The position numbers and the translations under genes are program-made. The notes below the pieces were generated by a model. It saw nothing but the letters and a program-made list of their open reading frames with translations, made no database searches and was not told the DNA's origin. Below, one piece after another: positions 23,633 to 24,000 of a DNA stretch of 24,000 nt; the first letter of the stretch is position 1, and every line of letters starts with the position of its first letter. Source of the DNA: Alphaproteobacteria bacterium (lineage in GTDB: Bacteria > Pseudomonadota > Alphaproteobacteria > Rhodobacterales > Rhodobacteraceae); assembly GCA_036678445.1 (NCBI GenBank), contig JAZIHR010000015.1:6772-30771 (forward strand). Direction: 5' to 3'.

Positions 23633-24000
23633 TTAGACGACTGACGACCTCTCGACAGGAACGTCACGGGAGCGAAGTAGCGCCAGACCCGTTGATACCA
23701 GCACCGCCATCGTCATCGCGTAGAAGATCAAGGGCCATGTAGTGTCGCCATTCAACAACGTCACCGCCAATGTTCCGACGATGCTGACGATCAGACTTTG
23801 GATGCAGAAGTAGAACGCGACTGCCGATCCTGCGATGTCATCGAACTTTGCAAGTGCGCCGTTGGCGGTAACGGACACCGTAACAACAATGCCGATCGCC
23901 ATAACCCACATCGGTAGGATGAAGGTGAGGAATGACGGCGAGCCGTAGAGTTCGCCGACCCCCAGCAGGGCCGCTCCGCAAATGAGCAAAGCCATCCCGC
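23633..24000 (-). CDS. MFS efflux transporter, C-terminal ~120 aa (Bcr/CflA-like); the 5' part lies beyond the right edge
   Basis: Four consecutive TM segments (ALLICGAALLGVGELYG, FILPMWVMAIGIVVTV, AFYFCIQSLIVSIVGTLAVTLL, PLIFYAMTMAVLVSTGLALL). The frame stays open to position 24000. The subfamily call is tentative. Confidence 0.7.
   Translation of the reverse strand, partial: GMALLICGAALLGVGELYGSPSFLTFILPMWVMAIGIVVTVSVTANGALAKFDDIAGSAVAFYFCIQSLIVSIVGTLAVTLLNGDTTWPLIFYAMTMAVLVSTGLALLRSRDVPVERSSVV

Noticed and set aside
1-24000. Scan for CRISPR arrays, tRNA/rRNA genes, integron attC/attI sites and long tandem repeats.
   Set aside because: I saw no regularly spaced direct repeats with unique spacers, no cloverleaf-compatible or rRNA-like segments, and no integrase or attC-like sites. 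The only periodic repeat is the short hexamer array at 11049-11094, reported separately.

Overview
GC-rich proteobacterial conjugative-element DNA (plasmid or ICE) with a mosaic accessory region. The reverse strand from 870 to 13544 carries a complete P-type (Trb) type IV secretion block in Tn4371/ICE-like order: traG, an RHH (CopG-like) gene, trbB-C-D-E-J-K(alt)-L-F, then G-I and a DUF2274 gene. Almost every junction in this block is a tight stop/start overlap. The exception is the trbF-trbG gap, which holds a small opposite-strand NTF2/SnoaL-like gene and leaves trbG without a canonical start codon or SD. Directly after the intact operon (569-858) lies a heavily deleted second trb operon (pieces of trbC, trbD and trbJ). 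It is followed by an AT-richer segment in which an OLD/Gabija-like ABC ATPase gene starts and runs off the left edge. Upstream of traG (13.6-24 kb) is accessory DNA made of several modules. These are a LysR gene with tetA(G)-like and tetR(G)-like genes and two tetO sites; an intact IS256-family IS with an 8-bp target duplication; and a TetR-family/MFS/NADP-oxidoreductase module. Next come a 5' stub of an NAD(P)H-binding gene fused to a LysR fragment, an AT-richer hxlR-fabF (KAS II) pair, a second LysR N-terminal remnant, and the 3' end of another MFS efflux gene. No tRNA, rRNA or CRISPR array was seen. I found no complete, clearly novel multi-gene system. The best leads are the off-window ATPase locus, the antisense NTF2 cassette inside the trb operon, and the HxlR-linked extra FabF.
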